Assembly (NCBI GenBank): GCA_965603855.1
Contig: OZ272519.1
Span: 3,154,118 to 3,218,117, forward strand
Length of the DNA: 64,000 nucleotides
Direction: 5' to 3'
Origin: Alphaproteobacteria bacterium
GTDB lineage: Bacteria > Pseudomonadota > Alphaproteobacteria > UBA8366 > G965603855
The notes beneath the pieces are model-generated. The model was not told where the DNA came from. It was given only the letters and a program-made list of their open reading frames with translations, and ran no database searches. The position numbers and the translations under genes were made by a program. Shown in pieces: positions 38,296 to 48,240 of the stretch. Each line of letters opens with the position of its first letter. Within the stretch, counting starts at the first letter, position 1.

Positions 38296-38390
38296 TGACA
38301 TGCGGGTGCCGACGAACCGATCATCGCCCGGTTGTCGAAGGCATTCCGGCGCATCCCGAGAAACGACAAACCTGGAATGGGGGAAATCCG

Positions 38391-40190
38391 ATGGCCGACA
38401 GCGGCAACACCCGAGCGACGGCGAAGAACATCGTGCTGTGTTCGGACGGCACGGGAAATGCCGGCGGCAAGAAGAACGGCACCAATGTCTGGCGCCTGTA
38501 TCTGGCCGTCGATACGGCGAACGACGTCGAGGGCGAGACGCGGCAGATCGCCTTTCACGACGATGGCGTCGGCAGCGAGGACTACAAGCTTCTGAAGGCG
38601 GTCGGCGGCGCCATGGGCTACGGGCTCAGCCGCAACATCAGGCAGCTCTACACAAGCCTGGTCCGCTCCTACAATCCGGGCGACCAGATTTTCCTATTCG
38701 GCTTCAGCCGCGGCGCCTACACGGTGCGTTCGCTGGCCGGCTTCATCCACCATTGCGGGATCTTGCGGCGGAACAGCTATCCCACCCGCCGCCACGTGGA
38801 AACCGCGATCGAGGATCTGTACCGGGTCTACCGTCGGACCGACTGGACCGAAACCGACAAGGACCAGCGCACGGCCCTGCTCGAAGGCTTTTCCCGGCAC
38901 GACGACGCCGATGTCAGGATCACGTTCCTGGGCGTCTGGGACACGGTGGATGCGATCGGCGTGCCGGTCGACGAGATGCGCGACTGGTTGCGCTGGCTGC
39001 CGCCGCTGAAGCAGCACGAGCACGACCTGAATTCCTCGATCGACTATGCCTACCACGCACTGGCGATCGACGACGCGCGCCAGACCTTCCACCCCAACAT
39101 GTTCGACGAAGCGAAGGCGCGCGAGGACGCCACGGTGGAACAGGTCTGGTTCTCCGGCGTGCACTCGAACGTGGGCGGCAGCTATCCGAAGGACCAGATG
39201 GCGCTGGTCGCGCTCGACTGGATGATGGAGAAGGCCGAGACCCTGGATGCCATCTCCAAAGGGCGGCGCAACGCCCTGCGCTTCACCGAGTCGCTGCGCA
39301 AGCAATACCACAAGGGCGCCAACGTGGACGGCAAGCTCTACGACTCCCGGGCCGGTCTCGCAGCCTACTACCGCTTCAAGCCGCGCAACATCGTGCAGCT
39401 TTCCGCAGGCAAGCTGGGGCGTGCTGCGGACCGGGCGGCGAACGGCGGCCGAAACACGCTGCCCGTCATCCACCAGTCCGCTTTCGCCCGCGTCCGCCAC
39501 CGCACCGGGGGCTACGCCCCTTTCAACCTGCCGCCGAAATGCCTGATCGATCCGTGCGACGACGAAGATAACGAAAACGAAGGCCTGCACGACGCCACAG
39601 GGTCGCCGCTGGAAAGCGTGACGGCATTGGCCATGAGGTTCTCGGGGCTGCAGCGCCTGCTCTATTTCGTGCTGCTGGCTGTCACGATCGCGTTGGTGCT
39701 TGTCCTTTTCTTCGTGCCGACGGACCCGCACGTCCATGCCGCGGTCAAAAAGCTGTCGGACGTCGTGCGCGCGCTTGCGCCTTCCCAGCTGGCCAACGTG
39801 GTCGAGGGCCTGTTCCAGCGCCTGGACTGGCTGTTCTTCTTCGTCGGCGCCTACGGGTTCCTCTATGTCTGCCGTTCGTTTCTCCGCGCGCTGAAGACCA
39901 ACCTCGCCGGCATGGGATGGCGGCACTGGTCGCTGTCGCGGAAGATCGAACGGATGGACGAAAAGGGCGGCGACCTGACCGAGGAGCAACAAGCAAAGCG
40001 CGCCGCCGACGCTGCGGAAAGGGACTGGCTGGCCGGACAGATCGCGGATCTGGAGGGCTCGCCCGCCAAGGCGCTTGGCTGGGGCGGCGACGACAAGAAG
40101 AAGACCACACCGCTGTGGCGAGACTACTGGCTGTGGTGGGCACTCTCGCTGACGTCCCTTGCGGTCGGCCTCTACGGCCTTCTGACGTAG
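38391..40190 (+). CDS. DUF2235 (Tle1-like alpha/beta-hydrolase/phospholipase) domain protein with C-terminal 3-TM membrane region
   Basis: The N-terminus IVLCSDGTGNAGG...FLFGFSRGAYTVRSLAGFI (GxSxG nucleophile elbow)...GVWDTVDAIG...FSGVHSNVGGSY fits the DUF2235 hallmark. Three hydrophobic helices lie in the C-terminal 180 aa. Confidence 0.6.
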   Translation: MADSGNTRATAKNIVLCSDGTGNAGGKKNGTNVWRLYLAVDTANDVEGETRQIAFHDDGVGSEDYKLLKAVGGAMGYGLSRNIRQLYTSLVRSYNPGDQIFLFGFSRGAYTVRSLAGFIHHCGILRRNSYPTRRHVETAIEDLYRVYRRTDWTETDKDQRTALLEGFSRHDDADVRITFLGVWDTVDAIGVPVDEMRDWLRWLPPLKQHEHDLNSSIDYAYHALAIDDARQTFHPNMFDEAKAREDATVEQVWFSGVHSNVGGSYPKDQMALVALDWMMEKAETLDAISKGRRNALRFTESLRKQYHKGANVDGKLYDSRAGLAAYYRFKPRNIVQLSAGKLGRAADRAANGGRNTLPVIHQSAFARVRHRTGGYAPFNLPPKCLIDPCDDEDNENEGLHDATGSPLESVTALAMRFSGLQRLLYFVLLAVTIALVLVLFFVPTDPHVHAAVKKLSDVVRALAPSQLANVVEGLFQRLDWLFFFVGAYGFLYVCRSFLRALKTNLAGMGWRHWSLSRKIERMDEKGGDLTEEQQAKRAADAAERDWLAGQIADLEGSPAKALGWGGDDKKKTTPLWRDYWLWWALSLTSLAVGLYGLLT

Positions 40191-40209
40191 AACGTTTGCC
40201 CGCGTCGGC

Positions 40210-40623
40210 TCAGGCGAGCGCCGTCGGCGATTCCGCGTTCTGCGTCCCCTCACCCGGCGTGATGAACAGCATGGAGGTCGGCGCATTCGGCCGCGCCGTG
40301 TGCCACACGCCCTTGGGCACAACGATACAGCTTCCGGGCCGGTCGACGCGCACGGTCTTTTCGCCTTCCAGCGTCCACAGCACGAAATCGACGTCGCCCG
40401 AGATCAGATAGACGATCTCGTCGCCCTTTGGATGGACCTCCCACATGCCCCACGCCTCGGAGAAGGCGTGGCGGGAGACCAGCACATGACCCTTGAAGCC
40501 GCCGAATTCCTGGTCCAGCTCGGCATAGAAGTTCGGTGTCACCGCCTTGGCCGTGACGTCCCCGCCGGGGCCCAGGATCACGCGGGTTTCGTCAAGAACG
40601 TAAGGTCCGGGGTCAACTTCCAT
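40210..40623 (-). CDS. Cupin domain protein
   Basis: 137 aa with G(x)5HxH-like and GxxxxxxH cupin motifs (GMWEVHPKGDEIVYLISGDVDFV...VPKGVWHTA). Confidence 0.55.
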   Translation of the reverse strand: MEVDPGPYVLDETRVILGPGGDVTAKAVTPNFYAELDQEFGGFKGHVLVSRHAFSEAWGMWEVHPKGDEIVYLISGDVDFVLWTLEGEKTVRVDRPGSCIVVPKGVWHTARPNAPTSMLFITPGEGTQNAESPTALA

Positions 40624-40652
40624 CGCCGCCTCCTGTTTCGCAGTCTCGCCGC

Positions 40653-41516
40653 CTAGTCGATCAACGCGTCGCCGCGCACGCGTTCCCGCTCGGCCGCCTC
40701 GTGTGCCGGCAGCACGCGGCCGAACAACTGCCGCGTCCGGGCAACCCGGCCGATCACCCCGGGCTGTTCGGTGTAGGCGAAGATGGCGGCATGGCGCGGC
40801 CGCGAGGCCGCCGCGACCCGGGTCACCCGGTGCAGCGAGAAACGCCCGCGGAAGATCTGCATGTCGCCGGGCCTGAGCTCCAACGTCCGGATCGGGACCT
40901 CATCGCCCGCCAGCACCCGGCCGATCGCCTCGAAGCCTTCGTCGTCGGCCGAGCGGATGTTCGGCGCATACTGGAACAGCCCTCCCTCGTCGGCGGCGTC
41001 CACCAGCACCGTGACCGCAAATTCGTTGGTGTCGAAGTGCCAGCTGAATTGCTGGCCCGGGTCGAGGATGTTGGCGGTCAAACCCGCCAGCGGGTCCGCA
41101 TAGCAGTAAAGCGCCGGCAGATCGAGACAGGCGGCCAGGAACCGGGCCAGTTCCGGCGCCCGGAACAGGGTGTCCATCGCCCCGCCCTCGTCCCACGCAT
41201 CGCCCGGGACGAACCCGCTGGACCGTTCGATGAAGGTGTTGACCGGATGGCCGGCCGGATAGGCCGGGTCGGGTTCGGTGTGGAAGTAGGGGTTGATGCA
41301 CTGGGTCGAGTAATGGGTCGCGGCTTTGCGCGCCGCGATCTCCGCGCTGAGCAGCGCCACACCGTCGGGACGCACCAGATTCCTGACGACGGCACAGCCG
41401 TCCTTTTCCAGGTCGGCGCGCGCCGCGGCGACGGCGGCGCGATAGCCCGCCGAGGCAGGGTCCTGCACCGGCACAACATCCCGGTCGATCAGGTCCTCAA
41501 GGCGCGGTCCATCCAT
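40653..41516 (-). CDS. Putative Fe(II)/2-oxoglutarate-dependent oxygenase-like protein
   Basis: An HxD...H arrangement (WHFDTNE ... SLHRVTRV) in a protein of about 287 aa. The family assignment is tentative. Confidence 0.4.
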   Translation of the reverse strand: MDGPRLEDLIDRDVVPVQDPASAGYRAAVAAARADLEKDGCAVVRNLVRPDGVALLSAEIAARKAATHYSTQCINPYFHTEPDPAYPAGHPVNTFIERSSGFVPGDAWDEGGAMDTLFRAPELARFLAACLDLPALYCYADPLAGLTANILDPGQQFSWHFDTNEFAVTVLVDAADEGGLFQYAPNIRSADDEGFEAIGRVLAGDEVPIRTLELRPGDMQIFRGRFSLHRVTRVAAASRPRHAAIFAYTEQPGVIGRVARTRQLFGRVLPAHEAAERERVRGDALID

Positions 41517-41660
41517 GCGATCGCTCCCCGCTCGGGCGTTGTCGCAAGCGACGAGTTTCGCCGCCGATCGGTCCTGGGTAAAGAGGCATCACAGCGCTGA
41601 CCCCGGGGGCAAAGCCGCTATACTGGGCATCAAACCAATTGCGGATCAGGGGGACCGGCC

Positions 41661-42641
41661 ATGCCTGCACCGGATGTCAACGCGAAGAACGCCATCGGCC
41701 AAACCGGCCTTTCCGTCTCGCCGATCTGTTTCGGCACTTCGGGGCTTGGCGACATGCCGGACACCTACGGCTATTCGGTGGACGAGGAACGCGCACGCGC
41801 GACCGTGCGCGCCATCTTCGACGGCCCGGTCAATTTCCTGGATACCTCGCGCAATTACGGGTTCGGCCGCTCGGAACAGCGCATCGGCGCCGTCATCCGC
41901 GAGCGCGGCGGGCTTCCGCAGGGTTTCGTGATCTCCACCAAGCTCGACCGGGACATGGAGACCAACCGCTTCGACGGCGCCCGCGCGCGGCGCTCGCTGG
42001 AGGAAAGCATGGAGGCGCTGGGGCTCGACCGGCTGCAGCTTGTCCACCTGCACGATCCGGAGCACTGCGCGTCGCTGGACGACGTCGTCGCGCCGAACGG
42101 CGCAGTGGCGGAACTATTCAAGATGAAGGAGGAAGGCCTGGTCCAGGCGGTGGGGCTCGCGGCCGGGGTGGTCGACGTCATGATCCCGATCCTGAAGGAC
42201 TGGGACTTCGACGCGCTGATCACCCACAACCGCTTCACGCTGATCAACCGCAACGCCGAGGAGATGATGGACCTTGCGGTGGCCAAGGGCACAACCGTCC
42301 TGAACGCCGCGCCCTATTCCAGCGGCGTGCTGGCCAAAGGTTCCGCGGCGGGCGCCAAAATCGTCTACCAGGACGCCACCGAGGCGATGCTGAAGCCCGT
42401 GCGCGCGGTCGAAGAGATCTGCGCCCGTTACGACGTTCCCATCGGCGCGGCCGCGCTGCAGTTTTCCATGCGCGATCCGCGCATCGCTTCGACGATCTGC
42501 GGCGTCAGCAAGGCCGAGCGGGTTGCCCAGACCCTGGAATGGGCAACCTGGCCGATCCCGGACGCCGCGTGGGACGAACTGACGGCCCTGCCGGCAACGT
42601 CCGACGACCCGGAGGCGACGCGCGAATACAAGCCGGGTTAG
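41661..42641 (+). CDS. Aldo/keto reductase
   Basis: FLDTSRNYGFGRSEQRIG and the TIM-barrel AKR pattern, 326 aa. Confidence 0.8.
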   Translation: MPAPDVNAKNAIGQTGLSVSPICFGTSGLGDMPDTYGYSVDEERARATVRAIFDGPVNFLDTSRNYGFGRSEQRIGAVIRERGGLPQGFVISTKLDRDMETNRFDGARARRSLEESMEALGLDRLQLVHLHDPEHCASLDDVVAPNGAVAELFKMKEEGLVQAVGLAAGVVDVMIPILKDWDFDALITHNRFTLINRNAEEMMDLAVAKGTTVLNAAPYSSGVLAKGSAAGAKIVYQDATEAMLKPVRAVEEICARYDVPIGAAALQFSMRDPRIASTICGVSKAERVAQTLEWATWPIPDAAWDELTALPATSDDPEATREYKPG

Positions 42642-42666
42642 TCGGCGCTGATTTCAGCCAGATGGA

Positions 42667-42754
42667 TCGAGACGGCGGCTTCGCCGCCTCCTCACCATGT
42701 GGGAAACCAAATCCCCTCACCCTGAGGAGCGGCGCATGGCGCCGCGTCTCGAAA
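42667..42754. repeat. Palindromic intergenic repeat element, copy 1 (MITE/REP-like)
   Basis: TCGAGACGGCGGCTTCGCCGCCTCCTCACC...CCTCACCCTGAGGAGCGGCGC..GCGCCGCGTCTCGAAAG shares the CGAGACGGC / GCCGTCTCG and CCTCCTCA / TGAGGAGG arms with the copies at 49990 and 60463. Confidence 0.5.
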
Positions 42755-42838
42755 GACGTGGCGGCAAACGGCACGCCACCAGGAGGACACCACCTCAACG
42801 TCCCAGCCGAACTGGCCGCAGCGATGCAGTAGCGGCGC

Positions 42839-43339
42839 TCAGTTGCAGACCAGCATCTGCCGGACCGCCGGCATGGCGTACTCGATCCCTGCCTCCCACG
42901 ACCCGGGCATCAGCATATTGGTGGTCTGTTTCGCGTTGTGCATGTTGCGGCCCGTGGCGGTGTCCAGCCACGACGCGTTAGACGTTCGCAGCACATAGAT
43001 GCTGTCGCGGGCCCAGAAGGCCAAGCTCGTGTTGCTGTTGTTCCTGATGCACTCCCAATAGTCCGGGCCAAATCCGCCGTGCGCGTCCCGGCACTGCTGT
43101 TCCCAGGCCTGGCCGATCTGCCAGTAGTACTGGCCGATGGCTTCCAGGCAGGCGACGACTTCGTCTTCGTCGTTCAGGGCGGTCAGCAGCGCGTAGGAAC
43201 TGTCGAACCCCTCGGGAAAGCCGACCGAGACGTGGTAGAGATCCTCGATCTTCTCTTCGATGGTTTGTGCATACGCCGGCAGCGCGGCGGCAAGCGCCAG
43301 CACAAGGAACGCGGTCGTCCTGAACAAGATCTTTCTCAT
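42839..43339 (-). CDS. Secreted hypothetical protein (Trp/Tyr-rich, four Cys)
   Basis: Signal peptide MRKILFRTTAFLVLALAAALPAYAQT. No recognisable family. Confidence 0.45.
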   Translation of the reverse strand: MRKILFRTTAFLVLALAAALPAYAQTIEEKIEDLYHVSVGFPEGFDSSYALLTALNDEDEVVACLEAIGQYYWQIGQAWEQQCRDAHGGFGPDYWECIRNNSNTSLAFWARDSIYVLRTSNASWLDTATGRNMHNAKQTTNMLMPGSWEAGIEYAMPAVRQMLVCN

Positions 43340-43347
43340 CGCACCAC

Positions 43348-43722
43348 TCACTCGAAGGGGCGCATCAGAAAGACGTAAAGGCACAACAGGGGCCAGACAT
43401 ACACGAACGCGACCGGCAATCGATGCGTCAGGATCAGGCGCTTGCGCAGCCACCCCCGAAAGAACAGCAGTTCCGCCAGCATTCCGCTGACGAAGGCCTC
43501 GACCGCAAAAACCCTGTCGTCCGCGGCCGAGAGGTCCAGCGCAAAACGCACTGTCACGCCGATCACCAGCAGGATCACCCCGCCGACGACGAAGAACAGC
43601 GCATGCCAGTGGGGTTGCTGGAGGGAAACGTCCTCCAGAGTTCTGCCGCCGGCGGCGGTTTGGTTGCTCTGGTCCATGTTAAGCCGATCCGTCATTCCGA
43701 TGCAGTTGCCCGAACAGAACAC
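43348..43722 (-). CDS. Small hypothetical membrane protein (2-3 TM); start uncertain
   Basis: Hydrophobic helices (WHALFFVVGGVILLVIGV; LPVAFVYVWPLLCLYVFLM). It lies 9 nt upstream of the secreted hypothetical gene. Confidence 0.3.
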   Translation of the reverse strand: MFCSGNCIGMTDRLNMDQSNQTAAGGRTLEDVSLQQPHWHALFFVVGGVILLVIGVTVRFALDLSAADDRVFAVEAFVSGMLAELLFFRGWLRKRLILTHRLPVAFVYVWPLLCLYVFLMRPFE

Positions 43723-43795
43723 GGATCGGCCCGCAAGGCCTTAACTTACATTAGGAGAAACGTATAAGGATTGCCGCTCGGCGCGCTGCAGGGCC

Positions 43796-44569
43796 CTAAT
43801 ACGGGATCCGCTGGCCGTCCCATGCGAACTGGCCGCCGCTGTCTTTCGCGTCGAGCCCGTCCAGGACCTGCAGCAGATGCCGCGCCGATTTCGCCGGCGG
43901 GAACAGCTTGCCCTCGGGCACGCCGCCCTGGAACGGCTTTGAAAGGCCGGTGTTCACCGTGCCCGGATGCAAACCCACGCACAGCGCATGTTCGTTGCGC
44001 CGCGCCAGTTCGATCGACAGCGACTTGAGCACCATCACCAGCGCCGCCTTCGACGCGCGATAGGCGTACCAGCCGCCAAGCTGGTTGTCTTCGATGCTGC
44101 CCACGCGCGCGGCCAGCGCGGCGAAGGCCGATTTGCGGTCGCGCGGCAACAGCGGCAGGAAATGTTTCGCCGCCAGCGCCGGGCCAATGGTGTTGGCGCG
44201 GTAAACTGTCTCCATCGAGGCTGCGGTCAGGCTGCGCCAGGTCTTTTCCGGCGTCACCGTCTCGCCGTCGTGAAGCATGCCGGCCGCGACGATCACGATG
44301 TCGAGGTGCCCCGCCATCTGCTTCACCGCTGCCGCCGCAGCCGCGACGGTGACTTCGTTTTCCAGGTCCAGCTGCAGGCCGGTGACCTTTTCGTGTCCGC
44401 CCTGCGCCGGCCGCCGCGACAGCGCGAAGACGCGCGCCACGGCGGGGCTTTCCGCAAGGGCGTCGACCAGGGCGCCGCCGATCCCGCCGGTCGCGCCGAT
44501 AACGGCCGCGTTCAGGTCGGTGCCGAACGAGGCCAGCGAAACGGGGTGGGTCTGATTGATCGCGTTCAT
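43796..44569 (-). CDS. SDR family NAD(P)-dependent oxidoreductase
   Basis: The ORF was trimmed to MNAINQ. The Rossmann motif VIGATGGIGGAL and the catalytic YRASK are present. Confidence 0.75.
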   Translation of the reverse strand: MNAINQTHPVSLASFGTDLNAAVIGATGGIGGALVDALAESPAVARVFALSRRPAQGGHEKVTGLQLDLENEVTVAAAAAAVKQMAGHLDIVIVAAGMLHDGETVTPEKTWRSLTAASMETVYRANTIGPALAAKHFLPLLPRDRKSAFAALAARVGSIEDNQLGGWYAYRASKAALVMVLKSLSIELARRNEHALCVGLHPGTVNTGLSKPFQGGVPEGKLFPPAKSARHLLQVLDGLDAKDSGGQFAWDGQRIPY

Positions 44570-44638
44570 GGTGGGAGATACGGCGCGGCGGGCCTGGGCG
44601 ATCACCCCCGGCGCCCTAAATTCGTCGGTGTCGCACGC

Positions 44639-45157
44639 ATGACAGGAGCAGAGCGCATGCTTTGGCAACCGGAACGCATCGAACCCGCCCCGGGCCAGGA
44701 GTCCGTCTGGGACTATCCGCGCCCGCCCCGCCTGGAGCCGGTGGCCGAGCGCCTGAAGGTGGACTTCGCCGGCCGCACGGTCGCCGAGACAAAAGCCGGA
44801 TACCGGGTGCTGGAGACCAGCCACCCGCCCGTCTACTACGTCCCCATGGGCGACTGCGTTCGTTCCTTTCTGGTCTCCGCGCCCGGCCGGTCGCTCTGCG
44901 AGTTCAAGGGCGCGGCGCGGTACTGGAGCCTCTCGGTCGGCGGCCGTCAGGCGGAGAACGCAGCCTGGAGCTACCCCGACCCGACCCCGGCCTTCGCGCC
45001 GATCAAGGACTGCCTCGCCTTCTATGCCAGCCGCGTCGATGCCTGCTGGGTCGGCGACGAACTGGTCACGCCGCAGGAGGGTGATTTTTACGGCGGCTGG
45101 ATCACGTCGCGCGTTGTCGGCCCGTTCAAGGGACCGCCCGGCACCATGGGGTGGTGA
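44639..45157 (+). CDS. DUF427 domain-containing protein
   Basis: 172 aa, divergent from the SDR gene. The ...YYVPMGD...FKGAARYWSL...AFY... pattern is typical of DUF427. Confidence 0.55.
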   Translation: MTGAERMLWQPERIEPAPGQESVWDYPRPPRLEPVAERLKVDFAGRTVAETKAGYRVLETSHPPVYYVPMGDCVRSFLVSAPGRSLCEFKGAARYWSLSVGGRQAENAAWSYPDPTPAFAPIKDCLAFYASRVDACWVGDELVTPQEGDFYGGWITSRVVGPFKGPPGTMGW

Positions 45158-45240
45158 GCGGATAGAGACCGGGGCCCTCCCAACCCAACCCCTCGCCAAG
45201 CGGGAGAGGGGTTGGATAGTGGGGTCCGACCGCCGTCGGT

Positions 45241-47274
45241 TTACTGGGCGTCCAACTGTCCCTGCAGTTCCGACTGCTTCTCCAGAATTTCGATCTGTCG
45301 TTTCAGCAAGTCGAGCTCCCTGTCTAACTCCCTCAGCGATCTCTGGTCCTCGGCCGTCGCGCGCTCGGTATCGATCGCAATCTCGTTCCTGAGGTTGTTC
45401 AGCTCCGCTTCGAGGATCTGCTGGCCCAACAGCAACTGGGCCGTCGCGCTTTTCTGATCGAGCGCAAGCTGCGCATCCGCAAGCGCCGCCTGGTCCTTCA
45501 GCTGTTGCAGTTGCTGCGCCGTCTCGGCATTGGCCAGTTTGAGCTCCGCCTCCCGTGTTTCCAGCTGTGCGTCCAGTTCGTTCTTCCGGCGCACGAGATC
45601 GGCGCTGGCATTGGCCCCGTCCAGGTTTATGCGCGCGTCGACCAGTTCCTTCTCTGCCGTCAGGCGGTTGACTTCGTCCTGCAGACGGTCGAGCCGGATA
45701 CCGTCGCGCGCCTGCGCGATCTTTTGTACCGTTTCAAACGATTTCTGTAGGTTGTCCAGGGAACTCTGCGCCGCGGATGACAGGCTGCCGGACAGGGCTT
45801 CGGCGGACGATTCGGATACCCGCGCCAGTTCGGTGAGCTCGCCCTTGGTGCCCATTGTCAGCGTCAGTTTGCGTTGCGCGAAGTTGCTCTTGTTTAAGGC
45901 AACCGACACGGTCTTCGACGATGGGCCGACCAGGTTCTCGACGCTGCGCGAGTTCAGGACAAGTTGGTTTACGAGTTCTGGCACCTTGTCTGATTTGGTC
46001 TCATTGCTTGCATCCGCCTCACTGTCTGGTGCTGGCTCATTGCCTGGTTTTGGCTCTTTTCTCTGCCGATTGGGCAGGTTTTTCACCTCGTACCTGCTCA
46101 GGATCAGCGGCCGCGGACGCCGATAGCAGATGACCAGGTCGTCTTTGGTATTGCCGGCAACGCAACGGTCGGGTTGCGGCTCCTCTGGCGCTTTTGCCTT
46201 CTGTTCCGTCCCGAACGTTTCGATCGTCAAAACCACCCTGGCCTGATTCCACAGGCTGAGCGCTTTCGGGTAGAGCGGTTTTTCCTCGTCATCGCCCCTC
46301 AATGCCTCTGTCACCTCTGCCGGTGACATTCCGGGCTTGACGACACCGTCTCTCGGCAAATCGGCGATCGCCAGGAACTCTCTTATCTGGAACTCCTTCG
46401 AGAACGTGTCGATCTTCTTCTGCTTTTTGAAGCTGGCAAGCCCTGCCTGGTAACTCGCCAGCAATACCGCGCGTTCCTCCTGCAGCGTCTCGATTGCAGC
46501 GCTGATTCCTCGAACGCGTACGGTCACAAGCGACAGGTCGTAACTCGATGCACCGGCCAGGTCCTGTTGCAGCCTCTTGCGGTCCACCCGTTGCTTGGCG
46601 ATTGCGCGCGCCATCAGGAAGAGGTCGCGCCAGTGCCGCGCCCCCTGGTCGTTCGCCGCTAGGTACAGCCGCTCCAGCGGGGACAGTTGCTGGAACTGGC
46701 TTTTGGCCAGTTCGCGATCCGTCTTGATTTCCTTGAATGCCTCAATTGCTTCGAAGAGCTCATCGGCGCTGAGGGGCTTATCCACCGTCTTGATGTCAAA
46801 ACCAATGGCGGGGGCCACCAGGCTCGACGCGAGGTTGGCGACGTTCTTGATGACCTCTCCCGCGCGCCCCGTCTGTTCCGCGTTGACGGACGTCAGGATG
46901 CCGGTGGATCCGGAAACCGCCTTGAAGTCGTCCTTTGTAAGAATGCCGTGCGAAAGGTCGATGCTGTAGACGGCATCGGGATCCGCGACCGTCCTGATCT
47001 CTACCGCGACCTTGGCGCCCGCAAATGCGTACGTGCCTTCGTCGATTACGAGGTTATCGTTTACCTTGTTGGTTTTCTTATAGGTCGCGGTCCCGGAGAC
47101 CTCGATGACGTCCTTCGCCAGATGATACGTCAATCCGGATGGGTTGTCGGTGGCACTGGCGCCGCCGCCACCGCTATGACCGTTGCACCCAACAAGCGCC
47201 AAGGCGAGGCCGATCGCGATCGCGCGCCCGGTTCCAGGCACCGCCTTTGTCGGCTTAAACGCGGCGCAGGTCAT
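45241..47274 (-). CDS. Large lipoprotein with C-terminal extended coiled coil (about 680 aa), unknown function; lower GC than surroundings
   Basis: Lipobox LALVGC. The N-terminal 400 aa are globular with no recognisable family. The C-terminal about 220 aa are heptad-rich (LQQLKDQAALADAQLALDQ..., LRELDRELDLLKRQIEILEKQ). Local GC looks roughly 58%, against 66-68% typical of the window. Confidence 0.5.
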   Translation of the reverse strand: MTCAAFKPTKAVPGTGRAIAIGLALALVGCNGHSGGGGASATDNPSGLTYHLAKDVIEVSGTATYKKTNKVNDNLVIDEGTYAFAGAKVAVEIRTVADPDAVYSIDLSHGILTKDDFKAVSGSTGILTSVNAEQTGRAGEVIKNVANLASSLVAPAIGFDIKTVDKPLSADELFEAIEAFKEIKTDRELAKSQFQQLSPLERLYLAANDQGARHWRDLFLMARAIAKQRVDRKRLQQDLAGASSYDLSLVTVRVRGISAAIETLQEERAVLLASYQAGLASFKKQKKIDTFSKEFQIREFLAIADLPRDGVVKPGMSPAEVTEALRGDDEEKPLYPKALSLWNQARVVLTIETFGTEQKAKAPEEPQPDRCVAGNTKDDLVICYRRPRPLILSRYEVKNLPNRQRKEPKPGNEPAPDSEADASNETKSDKVPELVNQLVLNSRSVENLVGPSSKTVSVALNKSNFAQRKLTLTMGTKGELTELARVSESSAEALSGSLSSAAQSSLDNLQKSFETVQKIAQARDGIRLDRLQDEVNRLTAEKELVDARINLDGANASADLVRRKNELDAQLETREAELKLANAETAQQLQQLKDQAALADAQLALDQKSATAQLLLGQQILEAELNNLRNEIAIDTERATAEDQRSLRELDRELDLLKRQIEILEKQSELQGQLDAQ

Positions 47275-47542
47275 GCGTATGCATTCCTTCATGTATCCCC
47301 CCGATTTTCGGCAAATGAAACGTGAGAAATCGCGCGGACCGGACGTTGCGAGCCCGGTCGCCCCGGTTCAGCCTGCATTCGCACAGGCGCAAAAGCGTGT
47401 CCCTGTTGGCGTCGATCTGGCCAAGTTGGCGCACATCGATCTGCCCGCCGATTTCGTCGTAAAGGCCCGCCCTGGCATTCGCGAACCATCGAAGATCGGA
47501 CTCGTAGGCCGTATCGACCGAAAGAACTCTTCTGATTGCCAT
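47255..47542 (-). CDS. Small hypothetical protein (95 aa) overlapping the start of the coiled-coil lipoprotein gene
   Basis: A GGGGGA Shine-Dalgarno-like sequence precedes the ATG. It overlaps the downstream gene by 20 nt. There is no family match, so it may be spurious. Confidence 0.2.
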   Translation of the reverse strand: MAIRRVLSVDTAYESDLRWFANARAGLYDEIGGQIDVRQLGQIDANRDTLLRLCECRLNRGDRARNVRSARFLTFHLPKIGGIHEGMHTHDLRRV

Positions 47543-47631
47543 TCTGGTCCCCCACCCCGGGCAGCGGCTGCAACATTCCCCCCGCCGGTGCCCACTCTTA
47601 TATAAAGCGGCCTGTATCTAAGTGTCATGGA

Positions 47632-48240
47632 CTATTCGTAGAAGCCCACCTCCGCAACCGCGAGGTCGGCTGTAAAGGCGCGGCCGATGGCGACCAGCCC
47701 GATCCGTTTCAGCCGCACGACATCCAGCGGCGCCTCCAGCCGGTAGGGAACGAACTCCGAGAACGGCAGGTCCACCGTCCGCCATTCCGGTCCGGCCACG
47801 AACTGGGCGCGGTAGGACTGCCACGGCCGTACGTTGTCGGGCGTGCGCAGGTGCACGGAGTACCGTTCGCCGTTGCCGCGCACCACCAGCCGTATGCCGG
47901 CGAAGCGCGAGGCGTCGACCGTGCCGCCCGCGGGATCGAGATCGAGCGACGCCTGGATGAAACCGCCGTCGTTCTCCAGCCGGACGTCGCCGGTGAGCCG
48001 GAGCGCGGGCCGCCCGTCGATCACCGCGCGCGCAACCGTCGCCTCGGACACCCCGCCCATCACCCGATCGCTCACACCGCGCCAGCGCGCGCCCAGGGTG
48101 GAGACAAGGTCGGGGTCGGCAAAGTCGTCGATCAGCATGGCATCGGCCCGTGCGGTGGTCCCGGTCGCGCAGAACAGCATGACGAGCGAAACCGCCGTCA
48201 AAGCCCGTCCTGCGCGGCGCATGGCGTGAAGAAACGTCAT
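47632..48240 (-). CDS. CIA30 (complex I intermediate-associated protein 30)-like family protein, secreted
   Basis: Signal peptide, then MLIDDFADPDLVSTLGARWRGVSDRVMGGVS...GGFIQ...FAGIRLVVRGNGERYSVHLRT matches the CIA30 family. Confidence 0.55.
   Translation of the reverse strand: MTFLHAMRRAGRALTAVSLVMLFCATGTTARADAMLIDDFADPDLVSTLGARWRGVSDRVMGGVSEATVARAVIDGRPALRLTGDVRLENDGGFIQASLDLDPAGGTVDASRFAGIRLVVRGNGERYSVHLRTPDNVRPWQSYRAQFVAGPEWRTVDLPFSEFVPYRLEAPLDVVRLKRIGLVAIGRAFTADLAVAEVGFYE

Noticed and set aside
38282-38301. A PpsR/CrtJ-type TGT-N12-ACA site in the divergent promoter (TGTGATCCGGTTCACTGACA)
   Set aside because: The spacing gives TGT-N12-TGA, which does not match. It was kept only as a generic palindrome.
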